DNA from: Sphyrna mokarran | Lineage: Eukaryota | Assembly (NCBI GenBank): GCA_024679065.1 | Contig: JAGIQG010000011.1 | Location: 39,618,001-39,682,000 of the forward strand | Length of the DNA: 64,000 bases | Direction: 5' to 3' | Shown: in pieces, positions 47,857 through 59,820 of the stretch | Position numbering within the stretch: the stretch's first letter is position 1 | How the letters are laid out: each line of letters begins with the position of its first letter | Translations under genes and position numbers: made by a program | Notes under the pieces: model-generated | The model's input: the letters and a program-made list of their open reading frames with translations, nothing else | What the model was told of the DNA's origin: nothing | Databases searched by the model: none

Positions 47857-48286
47857 GTATGGAAACTGACTACAGATGGAGAATATCAGTTCAGAGTTAG
47901 GGCAGAGAACAAATATGGAATTAGTGATGGTTGTATGTCTGATAAAGTGACAATCAAAGATCCATTTGGCCTCCCAGGACCACCAAGTAAACCAAAAGTG
48001 TCTGATGTTACAAGATCCTCAATGCTTGTATCTTGGGATCCTCCAATGGACAATGGTGGTTCTCCAATCACAGGTTATTACATTGAGAAGAGAGAGGTCG
48101 ACGGTGTGTATTGGTCACGTGTCAACAGAGCTCCTCTGACAAAACCAGCTGTAAAAGGCCTAAACTTCAATGTCCTTCGTTTGATTGAAGATGTTGAATA
48201 TCAGTTTAGAGTCATGGCTATAAATGCTGCTGGAATTGGACCTCCGAGTGAACCTTCTGATCCTGTTTTGGCAAGTGATCCTAAAA
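47857..48286 (+). CDS. ttn: titin FN3 A12 part b + FN3 A13
   Basis: VWKLTTDGEYQFRV...SDPK; AG/GT. Confidence 0.94.
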
Positions 48287-48563
48287 GTAAGTTTCACTTT
48301 GAGATATGTGTGTCCGTGTATCTCAGTTAAATAAATAGCTATTGATCAAAACTTTGGTTGAAACAAAACTATCCTGAAATAATCCATATACAATAATAAA
48401 TATGGTCATATTTTAATAAATTTAAACAAGATGAATCTGTAACATGGTCAAATATATTTGACATTTTGCTACGCTGCTTAAAGCAAGCAAGTAGCACAAA
48501 GGCATATTCAAACATATTAAAGAAAATAGATCAACCCAAGTATGATTTTGTTTTTCTTTGAAG

Positions 48564-48872
48564 ATCCACCAAGTGCTCCATCCTGTCCTGAAGTCACTGA
48601 CAAAACCAAGGATACTATATCACTTAAATGGAACAGCCCAGCTAAAGATGGTCATAGCCCAATTCAAGGTTACATTGTTGAGATGCAGGAGGAGGGTTCA
48701 GCTGATTGGACAAGAGCATCAGATCCAGATAAATTAGTTCCCAACTGTGAATATGTGGTGCCCAATCTAAAGACTCTGAAGAAGTACAGGTTCCGTATTA
48801 AAGCTGTTAATGCTGCTGGGGAATCCGAACCAAGCTTACCAACTTCAGAAATAATTATGAAGGAACTTCTAG
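48564..48872 (+). CDS. ttn: titin FN3 A14 exon
   Basis: PPSAPSCP...; 309 nt. Confidence 0.95.
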
Positions 48873-48957
48873 GTATGTACCTCTGCATTTAGAATTTCAG
48901 AATATCACAATACATTTTGTAAGTTATGATTAACATATTTTTCTTCATGATTTACAG

Positions 48958-49106
48958 AGGAACCAGATGTTACGTTGGAAGTCGGTGCACCAGACTTTCT
49001 CAATTGTTATGCTGGTAAACCTTTGAGAATTCCAACTGTTGTCACTGGCCGACCTACTCCAAAGGTTACTTGGGAGTTTGAAGGAGTAACTAAGGCAGTG
49101 ATGAAG
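48958..49106 (+). CDS. ttn: titin Ig A15 exon a
   Basis: EPDVTLEVG...KAVMK; AG/GT. Confidence 0.93.
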
Positions 49107-49359
49107 GTATTAAGTATTCTAATTATATTTAGATATGTACATCTGTTCCAGGAAGAATTTTTTTCAAAAATTCACTTATTAGATGTGGACATCACTGGCT
49201 GGGCCAGCAACTATTACTCATCCCTAATTGCCCTCAAGCTATCCAAATTTAAAATGCCTTGGGCATGTGGGGCTGATGATGACCACACTTGGTAAATGTG
49301 CTTGGAAGATTACAATAGAGAATTACATTTTAAACTCTGGTAAAACTAAATAATAATTC

Positions 49360-49665
49360 GGTAGCATGGTGGCACAGTGGTTAGCACTGCTGCCTCACAG
49401 CACCAAGGAGCCGAGTTTAATTCCAGCCTTGGGTGATTGTGTGGAGTTTCATGTTTTCTCCAAATATGAGTTTCCTCAGATTGCTCCGGTTTCCTCCCAC
49501 AGTCCAAAAATGTGTGGGTTAGGTTAATTGGTCATGCTCAATTGCCTGTTGGTGTCAGGGGGATTAACTGGGTAAATACATGGGGTTATGGCCTGGGTGG
49601 AATTGCTGGTGCGGGATTGATACTGACCAAAAGGCCTCTTTCTGCACTGAAAGGATTCCATGGTT
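49360..49665 (+). mobile_element. HE1-like shark SINE, CR1-tail type
   Basis: GGTGGCACAGTGGTTAGCACTGCTGCCTCACAGC head, GGTTTCCTCCCACAGTCCAA core, GGCCTCTTTCTGCACTG tail. Confidence 0.9.
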
Positions 49666-51289
49666 TTTGGAATATACTGCAACAATCAAAGAATTGTTTC
49701 ATACTGTTCTGTGTTCCTTGATAACTGCTGTCTTTTTATTTGTGAGGCTGTTGAAGTTGATTTGATTTTTGCTCCATCTGGCTTGCACTTATAAGATTGC
49801 TATGAGTGGAATGAGAGGTTCTCGACCTACAGATACTTCCCTTGGAAATGTTTTGTTCACATACTGTATATCAAAACATGAAGAATTGTGCCAATTCATA
49901 CAACACCTTGGGTGACCAGTAAAGAATATCCCTAGAATAGATTTCATCAGTACCACCAAGTTGTGAACCATCCCAGGTATAGGAAGGCAAATATGTGTAA
50001 TTCAGTTTACTTTAATTTTTCTTCCAATTAAATTAAAGGAGAGAAATTAGACTCCATCTATTAGGTATTCAATCCTCCCAGCTCAGTTCTTCTCCCTGAA
50101 AGAACATCCTGATCTCCACATGTATCCCAAAGTTCATCGAGCAACTTTTATCCATCCCAGTTGTACAGTTGCAGACTGACCAAGTCTAAGTAGATACCTT
50201 TCTAATGGCTATTTTTGTCACTAATTACCACTAATGTAGTATCAGATATTGGTTCACAGAAATGCAACAATAGATGATGTTACATATACCAAGTATTACA
50301 CAGAACATGATACTACCTTGCATACAACGCTGCTCCCCATATTTTTGGTTCTGCTCACACTATAAACTACTGCAAAAGCTTTTCTAATTACTCAATGTAC
50401 TAATTTTGGAAGTCAAGTGGAAGGTTAACTAAAGGTTTTCAATGTAACAATTGAACATGTCAAATATAAAGTTAATTGAAATGTACAAATTAGCATATAT
50501 AATTCAAATGAAAATTCCTAATTTTGAAAGATTTCAGGTATTAGAGGTGATTAAGTGCATTCACAATTGGCAGAAATTGAGGGATATTTCTCCAGTTATT
50601 TAAGATGATACCAGATGAAATGATTTCTATGATTGTCAGCCTTATTATACAGAGAATTATCTCCAACAAAGGATTCTGAAATGCAGATGTGCGCATCGCC
50701 CGATAATTTACTGCTTCTTTTATGTGTTCATGTGCAGTCATATACAAAAGAGAGAGGAAAATGTCAACAATTGTATTGCATTAGGTTGGGTGATGTGCCT
50801 GCTGTAAGTATCTGGAAGTATATGGAAGCTATGAGGCATGAGTAGGGGGCTGGCTGTATTGGTAAGTGTATAAGGGAGGATTTGGAACATCTAAATATTA
50901 GGTACGTTTCCCAATGGGTCAGTGAGAAGCCTGTGAAACATTAAGCAGCATGAGAAGTTGCTAGTACAATAGATAGGGATTTAATTTGAAGATGCATTTG
51001 CTGACCTTAACCACCTGTATAAAATCATTGAACTTCTTGTGGCATTGAGCCAGGTTGTCAGACAGACTCTGGGAATTGACATCCATGACCACATATTCAA
51101 AAGGTAGACCAAGAAGGCCTCCTAAACTCCGATGGATACATCACTTCCTCCTGTCTACTTCCAACACCAACGCTTTCACTGTAGTCTCTCTCTCTCTGGC
51201 TTGTTATCCCATTTGCAATCTTCCTTCTTCCAAAGAAAGACTTTGGTGAGGATTTTAATGCAGCTTGCAAGAGCGGGGACCATGGCATG

Positions 51290-51455
51290 TAGGTGATTCA
51301 ATTAAAGATTTCAAAGAGGCATTAAACTGTTATCTGAAAAGAACAAATGTGCAGGGTTACAAGGAAGACAGGAGAATGACATTCAGTGAATTGCTGATTT
51401 GGAGAGTTGGTCTAGTAGTTTAATGATCTCCTTCCTCATTGTAACAATTCTGTGA
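51290..51455 (+). mobile_element. Degenerate CR1 3' end fragment
   Basis: TTCAAAGAGGCATTAAACTGTTATCTGAAAAG...GTGCAGGGTTAC resembles the CR1 ORF2 end and UTR. Confidence 0.5.
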
Positions 51456-51467
51456 TTTATAAGGTAG

Positions 51468-51521
51468 TTTTTTAAATCCTCAATATCTTTCACATTTTTT
51501 AAATCCTCAATATCTTTCACA
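51468..51521. repeat. 27-bp tandem duplication
   Basis: TTTTTTAAATCCTCAATATCTTTCACA twice. Confidence 0.85.
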
Positions 51522-51807
51522 AACAGTGATCCCTCCAAATTATCATCTCCAACTGGTAGCATTTGCATTTTTGGCCAGATAAGTTATTTTCTTGTTTGAA
51601 GTTGATTTTAAGTTAAGTAAATATGAATGGAACCAATATACAAGCCCAGGCTGAAATTGATATGTGGATTCATCCAGTGTGGCATCATGAACAAAATAGT
51701 TGGGGGTAGTGTTTAACTTGATCAAATAAAATATCAATGATCATAGTTTTTCCTAAACAAGGATTAAACAGATTTTGTAACATTTGATGTTTTATTGTTT
51801 TGTGTAG

Positions 51808-51840
51808 GAGGAAGGACATAATCTCCCAGCTGATGCCCAG
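51808..51840 (+). CDS. ttn: titin Ig A15 33-nt micro-exon (EEGHNLPADAQ)
   Basis: tgtag|GAGGAA...GCCCAG|gtaata, phase 0-0. Confidence 0.88.
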
Positions 51841-51943
51841 GTAATAATATGGTTAATGTTTATTTTAAGGTATCATTTTGAAATGTAAAAATGGAATTTG
51901 AATATTACGTACTGCTTAATTATTAATCTTCTTGTCTTTATAG

Positions 51944-52073
51944 GTTGAAAGCGTCAAAAATAAGTCAACTGTGATTATTCCAGAATGTAATAGAGGTCAT
52001 TCTGGTCGATATAGTATTACTGCAAAAAACAAAGCTGGACAAAAAACGTTAAATGTCAGAGTAAATGTTCTTG
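51944..52073 (+). CDS. ttn: titin Ig A15 exon c
   Basis: VESVKNKSTV...VNVL; AG/GT. Confidence 0.93.
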
Positions 52074-52162
52074 GTATGTAATCGTTTTATTTGATTGTAT
52101 TTGATAAAGAATGAATTGTAGTAGTTTAATGTGATTATTAAATGAATTATTTTTGGTTACAG

Positions 52163-52462
52163 ATATGCCAGGACCACCAAAAGACCTCAAAGTAAGTGAC
52201 ATTACAAGGAGTTCCTGCAGACTCTCATGGAAGCCCCCAGACAATGATGGTGGAGATAGAATTAAAAGTTATGTTGTGGAGAAAAAGACTGTAGAAGGAA
52301 AGGCTTGGGTAAAAGCGAACGCTGCCTGTGCAGGCACAACATTTCTTGTGCCTGATCTTATTGAAGGGCAAGAGTACTTCTTCCGTGTCCGGGCAGAAAA
52401 CCGATTTGGTGTTGGTCCACCAGTGGAAACTATTCAGAGGACCAAAGCTAGAGATCCAATTC
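52163..52462 (+). CDS. ttn: titin FN3 A16 exon
   Basis: MPGPPKDL...; 300 nt. Confidence 0.95.
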
Positions 52463-52577
52463 GTAAGTTTATAGTTTTAAAAGTGTATACCTATCTAGTT
52501 CAGAGATCAGTATTATTTGTTTTAGTGAAGGTACTTCTTTGTTGCAATTTTTTTTAATGACTACTTTTATATTTCAG

Positions 52578-52895
52578 ATGCTCCTGAGCCTCCAACAAAA
52601 CTCCGAGTTGGTTTGGTTACTAAGAATTCTGTTTCACTTACTTGGAAGCCACCAAAGAAAGATGGAGGGGCTCCAGTATCACATTACATTATTGAAAGTC
52701 TTCTCGTGGATCCAACTGGTCAAAAGAAGGCAACTTGGAAGCAATGCAATAGGCGTGATGTGGAAGAAACCAAATTTACAGTAGAAGATCTTATTGAGGG
52801 TGCACAATATGAATTCCGTGTGAAAGCTGTAAATGAAGCTGGTGTGAGTAAACCATGTAACTCTGTTGGACCCGTCATTGTGAAAGATCAAACAT
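52578..52895 (+). CDS. ttn: titin FN3 A17 exon
   Basis: APEPPTKL...; 318 nt. Confidence 0.95.
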
Positions 52896-52990
52896 GTAAG
52901 TGCTGACACAATTATGGCATAATGCTATGTAACAATTGAACATATCAAATTAAAACCTAATTGAAATGTACTAAATTTTCTCATGCTCAG

Positions 52991-53287
52991 GTGCACCTGA
53001 AATTGAACTTCAAGAATTTTTGGAGGCAGAACAAAATACTGATGTCAGCATTGTAGCCAAAGTCAAGGGCACACCATTCCCAACTTTGACATGGTATAAA
53101 GCACCTGCCCATAAACCAGAAGAAAAATCTAAAGTAGAATATGACCAACACGTCAACAAAATTGTGACTGAGGATGGGTGCACTTTACTAATTCACCAGT
53201 CCCTCCGAAAAGACACCGGTCTTTACACCCTCACTGCTACAAACAATTTGGGAACCGCTTCTAAGGAAATGAGACTCAATGTTCTTG
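52991..53287 (+). CDS. ttn: titin Ig A18 exon
   Basis: APEIELQEF...; 297 nt. Confidence 0.95.
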
Positions 53288-53415
53288 GTAATTATTCTTA
53301 TTAGTTATCTCATTAAATTCTTAATTTTAGCAATGCAATTATAATTGCATTTCTGTCACTTGCTATAGTGAGTGCAACCGAAAATATTTATATTTTGACT
53401 TGTATTAATACTCAG

Positions 53416-53715
53416 GTCCCCCGGGTCCTCCAGTTGGTCCTATTAAGTTTGAAGGAATTAGTGCTGAACAGATGACTATATCATGGCTCCCTCCAAAAGA
53501 TGATGGTGGTGCCAAGATCACTAACTATGTTGTTGAAAAGAAAGAAGCAAGTAGGAGGACTTGGATTCAAGTTTCTAATGACGTTAAAGAGTGCATTTGC
53601 ACAGTGCCCAAGTTATTGGAAGGACATGAATATGTATTCCGCATCATGGCTCAGAATAAATACGGTATTGGGGCACCACTTGACAGTGAACCAGAGACAG
53701 CAAGAAATCTGTTTA
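53416..53715 (+). CDS. ttn: titin FN3 A19 exon
   Basis: PPGPPVGPIKF...; 300 nt. Confidence 0.95.
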
Positions 53716-53922
53716 GTAAGTACTGAAATATACAATTCCTCCTGATATTCCATAATTTGTTATTTCTGATTTTATGAATCCGTGCTGTTCAATTCTATAC
53801 GATCTTACACCCAATCTTTAAATGTTCTACCTTTAATTTCAAAGTGACTGTCAGAATATAATTAGGTTACCTTCTTTTGTAGATTTAGAAAGTACTAATG
53901 AAATATATATTTCGTTTTAAAG

Positions 53923-54237
53923 CTGTACCTGGAGCTTGTGACAAACCTACTATTGGTAGTGTGACTCGTGATTCAATGGTTGTCAATTGGGAAGAGCCAG
54001 AGTATGATGGTGGTTCTCCAGTAACTGGCTACTGGTTAGAGCGTAAAGAGACTACTGGGAAGAGATGGAATAGAGTAAATCGTGATCCAATTAGGATTAT
54101 GCCACTTGGAGTATCCCATCAAGTAGCTGGTCTTATTGAAGGCTCTTATTATCAATTCCGTGTGTTTGCCATCAATGCAGCAGGCATTGGACCCCCAAGC
54201 ATGCCTTCTGACCCAGTGGTAGCAAGAGATCCCATTG
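53923..54237 (+). CDS. ttn: titin FN3 A20 exon
   Basis: VPGACDKP...; 315 nt. Confidence 0.95.
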
Positions 54238-54456
54238 GTAGGTATACATTTTTGCTCGGAGTTTTCAAACTTTTATGTGTCGGAAACGTCTGCGAATAAC
54301 AAAAAACCAGTATAACTATTTTCACATTCCTTGGGACCAAATATACTAACTTCTAATACTATTGACTACCCATAAGTAAAGCAATGTAGTATTGCAAACA
54401 ATATCTTTATTAGTGTAAAATAACAGAAGCAACAAACAGGTTATGTGCACTGACCC

Positions 54457-54552
54457 AAACAGGCAGTGGAGTGTGGCAACTAGGGGAATTTCACTGAAAC
54501 TTCATTGCACTGTTAATGTAAAGCCTACTTGTGACTAATAAATAAACTTTAA
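54457..54552 (+). mobile_element. 5'-truncated SINE/LINE tail (AATAAATAAAC type)
   Basis: GGAGTGTGGCAACTAGGGGAATTTCAC...CTTCATTGCACTGTTAATGTAAAGCCTACTTGTGACTAATAAATAAAC. Confidence 0.8.
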
Positions 54553-54696
54553 AGCAAGTCAACAAAAAATCTAATTATTACATTCTATGAGGAACTACTC
54601 ATTCTCATTTTTAAAACTTGTGTTTTATGATGCATCTAGATTAACAAGATGTTGGTGATAGCTTGTTCAGAATTTTCCCTTTTTCTTTCTAAACAG

Positions 54697-54845
54697 CACC
54701 ACCTGGTCCTCCATTCCCTAAGGTAACAGACTGGACTAGGTCAACTGTAGATCTTGAATGGGCTCCACCAACAAAAGATGGTGGATCCAGGATTACTGGA
54801 TATTTTGTTGAATTTAAGGAGGAAGGAAAAGAAGAATGGGAAAAG
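54697..54845 (+). CDS. ttn: titin FN3 A21 exon a
   Basis: PPGPPFPKV...EEWEK; AG/GT. Confidence 0.93.
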
Positions 54846-55537
54846 GTAAATGAATAAACAATGATTTGGTGTATGTTAAGTGTAGGGCTGATTTTCTAGT
54901 TCCCTATCCTATGCCTTTACCAGGTTCAGGATAGATAGAGCAAAATTGAACTTCAATTTTGGGGGCCACATATTCACCCCCGAATATTTCGGGGCCACAT
55001 ATTCGCCCCCAAATATGTGGGCGAAGTCAATAAATAGATCCCACTGCAGCTTCTTCCCTTGGCAGAGCCATACAGTGAGGATGAAACGAAGTGCAGATGA
55101 AGTCACTCAGGCCGACAGTGGCGCTCCTGCTCCATTAGCCCTCAGATTCTACTGGCTTTTGATGAAAAACAGCACCTGAAGGCCCTAGCAACCTAAAGGC
55201 TTGCCATCTTTCTTTTGGCCTGCCTTTGTCACATGCTTCTGTCAAACCCTCCCAAATGAGAAGACCCAAACTCAAAATCTAGCTACCGCTGAATTTGGTT
55301 CCTCTTTTCCAAAGCAATAAGACAAATATGAGATTGTCATGTTTGAAATGCACTTCATTTCCACAAGAACTGGCAATGTACATGTAGTCCCAAGTATTGT
55401 AGGCACAGGACTTACTTCACCTTCCAAGCAAAGCAGACAGTATGAAAAGCCAGAAATCTGGCATCAGAGTTTCTGGTTCCAATTTCTGTTGCTCGATCTT
55501 GGCTAATGTTTTTGCCTTTTGTGCCGTTTATTCATAG

Positions 55538-55688
55538 GTAAAAGACAAAGAAATTAGAGGCACAAAGTTTGTTGTGCCAGATCTGAAGGAAGGCGGATTG
55601 TACAGATTTAGAGTAAGGGCAGTGAACGCTGCTGGAGTTGGTGAACCAGGAGAGGTTTCTGATGTCATTGAAGTCAAGGACAGAACAG
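55538..55688 (+). CDS. ttn: titin FN3 A21 exon b
   Basis: VKDKEIRGTKF...; AG/GT; a+b = 300 nt. Confidence 0.93.
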
Positions 55689-55774
55689 GTAAAAAAAGTG
55701 AAGACTTTGGTTGCATTTCTTCTGTATTGCTTAGACAAAGATATTAATTTACATCATGTCTTTATTTACTCTAG

Positions 55775-56056
55775 TTGTTCCAGACATTAGCTTGGATGCC
55801 AGCGTGAGAGACAGAATTGTAGTGCATGCTGGTGGTGTCATTCGCATCTTGGCATATGTATCAGGTAAACCACCTCCAGAGATCACATGGCAAAGAGATG
55901 ATAAACCAATACCAGAAGAAGCCGCAATTGAAACCACAGCTATTAGTTCGGCTCTTGTCATTAAGAATTGTCAGAGAAAGCATCAAGGTGTGTACAATCT
56001 CATCGCAAAGAATGCAGGAGGTGAAAGAAGAAAGACAATTATTGTTGATGTTTTGG
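55775..56056 (+). CDS. ttn: titin Ig A22 exon
   Basis: VPDISLDASV...; 282 nt. Confidence 0.95.
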
Positions 56057-56146
56057 GTAAATATTCTTACTTTTTGATTTTACATTTAGTGCAGTCAACT
56101 TTTCTTAAGACCTTAAGTGAAATCAATTAATATTTTTTAATTGCAG

Positions 56147-56449
56147 ATGTTCCTGGGCCAGTTGGCGAACCTTTCCGCTGTGAAAACCTAACAAATGATT
56201 CGTGCAAATTGACCTGGTTCCTTCCAGATGATGATGGTGGATCTGCTGTCACCAATTATATCATTGAAAAACGTGAAGCTGAACGACGAGGCTGGTCCCC
56301 TGTCTCATACACAGTCACAAGACAGAGTGCTGTCGTTCAGGATCTAATTCAAGGAAGTAGTTATTTCTTCAGAATTGCAGCTGAAAATATCATAGGCATG
56401 GGCCCCTGGGTGCAGACAGCACAAGAAATTATGGTTAAAGAACCAATGT
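56147..56449 (+). CDS. ttn: titin FN3 A23 exon
   Basis: VPGPVGEPF...; 303 nt. Confidence 0.95.
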
Positions 56450-56557
56450 GTAAGTAATGTTCCTAGTTGCATGTTTTTCTTAGCATCTTTGCGTCTTAAA
56501 GAAATCAATTGTAACCACTGAATACATTAATTTTATTATATTTTTCCTAATGTATAG

Positions 56558-56860
56558 CTGTCCCTGAACGCCCTGAAGATCTTGAAGTGGCAGCAGTCAC
56601 GAAGCAGTCAGTTAGCTTGAAATGGAACCCTCCTAAATATGATGGTGGCTCAGACATTACAATGTATGTTCTTGAGGGCCGTCTTATTGGCAAAGAGAAG
56701 TTCATTAAGCTTACTAAAGAGAAATTGTTAGATCGCGTTTACAACCATAGTGGATTAAAGGAAGGTGACACTTACGAGTACCGTGTCAGTGCAGTGAACG
56801 AAGTTGGACAGGGCAAACCATCATTCTGCACAAAACCAATCACCTGCAAGGATCAACTTG
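56558..56860 (+). CDS. ttn: titin FN3 A24 exon
   Basis: VPERPEDL...; 303 nt. Confidence 0.95.
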
Positions 56861-56936
56861 GTAAGACTTTTTCAAAAATGTTTTAAGAAATATCTCTTTT
56901 CTTCTAGAAAGGTAATAATTGTATTATAATCTTTAG

Positions 56937-57218
56937 AACCACCGACACTTGAGCTGGATTTCCGCGACAAATTTGTTGTGCGCGTTGGTGAATCGTTCAG
57001 CCTGACTGGAACATACAAAGGGAAACCTGCTCCAAAGGTTTCTTGGCTGAAGGATGATGAAGTAGTTGAAGAAACCAAACGCTTGAAGATAAACACTACA
57101 CCGTCAAAACTGTGTCTCGGAATCCTGAAAGGTGTTCGTGAAGACTCTGGCAAATACTGTGTGGTTGTGGAGAACAGCACGGGGGTACGAAAGGGTCTCT
57201 GTCAAGTGACTGTTGTTG
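56937..57218 (+). CDS. ttn: titin Ig A25 exon
   Basis: PPTLELDFRD...; 282 nt. Confidence 0.95.
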
Positions 57219-57300
57219 GTAAGTTAGTTATTTTTCTTCTTTTTCCATTTAAAATCTTATAAGTAGGAAACAGGATTGAAACCAAATGTTTTTTTTCCAG

Positions 57301-57600
57301 ATCGTCCACTACCTCCAGTTGGCCCAGTTGTGTTCCATGAAGTTCATAAAGATCACATGGTTATTTCCTGGAAACCGCCACTTGACGATGGAGGCAGTAT
57401 GATCACTAATTATATTGTTGAGAAAAGAGATACAAACCGAGAACTTTGGATGCCTGTTACTTCTTCAATTACTAAAACAACTTGCAAAGTTCCAAAATTA
57501 ATTGAGGGCAGAGAGTATATTATCCGCATCTATGCTGAAAACATGTATGGAATCAGTGATCCATTGCTTTCAGAAGAAACAAAAGCCAAAGATCGTTTTA
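57301..57600 (+). CDS. ttn: titin FN3 A26 exon
   Basis: RPLPPVGPV...; 300 nt. Confidence 0.95.
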
Positions 57601-57683
57601 GTAAGTACTGGACTTTTGAATTTTCTCATTAATATATTAAGTGAAACAAAAAAAATAAACAAATGCTCAATAAAGCAAATTAA

Positions 57684-58365
57684 GGGCCTTATTTTACCAT
57701 TGCGTCATGTCCGTTTTCAGGCATGAAAATATGGTAAAGTCGGGTGTGAGGCCATTAACGCGATCTGCACCCAGATCATTCTCTGGGGGGGAAGAGAAGG
57801 AAGAGGCGGCGGGTCAGATGCCCCTTTTGAGGCGGGAATGGGGGTAGTGAGGTCAGATCATTCTCGGGTGGGGGAGAGTGAGGCCAGATCATTCTTGGGC
57901 GGGGTTGGGGTGGGGAGAGAGAGGAGTATAAGATATATCTCTGGTGGAATGGGAAGGCCAGATGGATTTCTGATCAGGGGAGGGTTCCGCTGCCCCTCTG
58001 CGGGTGATTGGTGGGGGAAAGGGGCAGGCGATCACAATCAGTCTGGGGAATGGAGGGAGTGGGTGGATAAGGGGGACAGTGGTGCCATCACTGCCGCTTT
58101 TCGCTCCCGAGCTGTTTTCTCCCTTTCTGTGACCCGGTAGTGATCTGACACAGCTGCGCTTTTTCAAATTTTTTTTCTAATTGCGCATGTGCAGTTCAGA
58201 GCTCCAGTTGTTTTGGTCATGCTAAGCCCTGCCCACAGCGCAAATCGGATCCGCGATTTTGTTTTAGGCTGAGTGCATATGGGGGCGCCTGAAAACAGAT
58301 CTCCAAGTCGGATCTGCATTGCACCCAGATCCAACACTTAGAATGAAAATGGTAAAGTTGGGCTC
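57684..58365. mobile_element. PIF/Harbinger-type MITE with TAA target-site duplication
   Basis: TAA|GGGCCTTATTTTACCATT ... AATGGTAAAGTTGGGCTC|TAA; 18-bp imperfect TIR (14/18), GC-rich interior. Confidence 0.8.
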
Positions 58366-58603
58366 TAACAGTCTTGCTTTCTCCTAACTGGATCCAGCTA
58401 AAGGAAGGTAGCATTCTGGCTTCATATTCAATATTGTATTAAATATTTTGTGGTTTTGATATTAAAATCATTTTAGTTATAAGTGTTTTGCACACAACAA
58501 AGTGTCTCTTTCCTATTTATCCACAAGTTTGTATAACATTAGTCGTGAGGGCGAAATCTTTGTTTTCATTTTTCTCAATCCGCTTTCACTATTTTCTTTA
58601 AAG

Positions 58604-58906
58604 GGGTCCCTGAAGCACCCGAACAACCAACGATAAAAGATGTGACTAAGGATTCTGCTGTGGTGGTTTGGAATAGACCACGTGATGGTGGAAAACCTAT
58701 CACCAGATATATTGTGGAAAAGAAAGAAACCATGTCCAAACGTTGGGCAAAGGTATCCATGGAGCCAATTTATCCAGATACTAAGTTCAAAGTAACTGAT
58801 CTGCTTGAAGGTTGTGAATATGAATTCCGCGTTTCAGCAGAAAATGAAATAGGAGTTGGTGATCCTAGTCCACCATCCAACCCCGTCTTTGCAAAAGATC
58901 CAATTG
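58604..58906 (+). CDS. ttn: titin FN3 A27 exon
   Basis: VPEAPEQP...; 303 nt. Confidence 0.95.
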
Positions 58907-59012
58907 GTATGTCAAAATATATGCATCCAATTTCTTTTCTCCTTTAAAATAACTTCTTGTAATGTGTGTGTTCTGATTTACATTGACCATATTGTTAACT
59001 GTTTTTATTCAG

Positions 59013-59321
59013 TCAAACCAAGCCCACCCATTAACCCCGAAGCAGTGGACAAAACCAAATCTACTGTTGATTTATCTTGGCTACCACCACGCCATGATGG
59101 AAAAGGGAAAATACTAGGTTACTTAGTGGAGTATCAAAAAGTTGGTGATGAAGATTGGAAGAAAGCAAATCAAACACCGGATTCATGCCCTGACACTCAT
59201 TTGCGGGTGACAGGTCTAACTGAAGGTGATAAGTACAAATTCCGGGTGATGGCAGTCAACCAGGCTGGTCCGTCAGATCCGGCTTATGTCCGCGATCCAG
59301 TTGAAGCAAAAGACAGGCTTG
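59013..59321 (+). CDS. ttn: titin FN3 A28 exon
   Basis: KPSPPINP...; 309 nt. Confidence 0.95.
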
Positions 59322-59424
59322 GTGAGTGTGAATACAGCGTGGATCATCCCACGATGAAGAATTTTACTCTTAATTCTGTTTTGTGCAGTTGATTCTGTTC
59401 ACTCAAATTTTCTTTCTTTCACAG

Positions 59425-59706
59425 AGGCACCTGAATTGTTTGTGGATGCTAACATGACTCGAAATGTGAACCTAAAAGCAGGAACTACTTTAACCCTCAG
59501 TGCAAACGTAAAGGGAATGCCATTTCCAAAGATCACATGGAAAAAGAATGACTTGGAAGTACCGATGAAAGCTGATATTGAAATTACTCCTGTTAGGAGC
59601 AAGCTTGAAATCCGTAATACTGTTAGAGCTGACAGTGGAAATTACACACTCACTGCCGAAAATGAAGCTGGAAGCAAGAGTGCTACGTGTATAGTTACAG
59701 TATTAG
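59425..59706 (+). CDS. ttn: titin Ig A29 exon
   Basis: APELFVDANM...; 282 nt. Confidence 0.95.
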
Positions 59707-59820
59707 GTAATATAGCAGAGCATAAAGATTGTAGGAACTATCTGTGTATTTAATTCAATTTTCATCTATTTGTCTTTTTTCATGTAATTACAATATTAAG
59801 AATACATTAATTATTTTCAG

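Noticed and set aside
49360-49435. tRNA genes at SINE heads (also ~10680-10749, ~12500-12557, ~26784)
   Set aside because: The tRNA-like A/B boxes run straight into SINE core sequence, with no complete cloverleaf.
57838-58167. Gly/Arg-rich and Pro-rich ORFs
   Set aside because: They lie inside the GC-rich MITE and are compositional artefacts.
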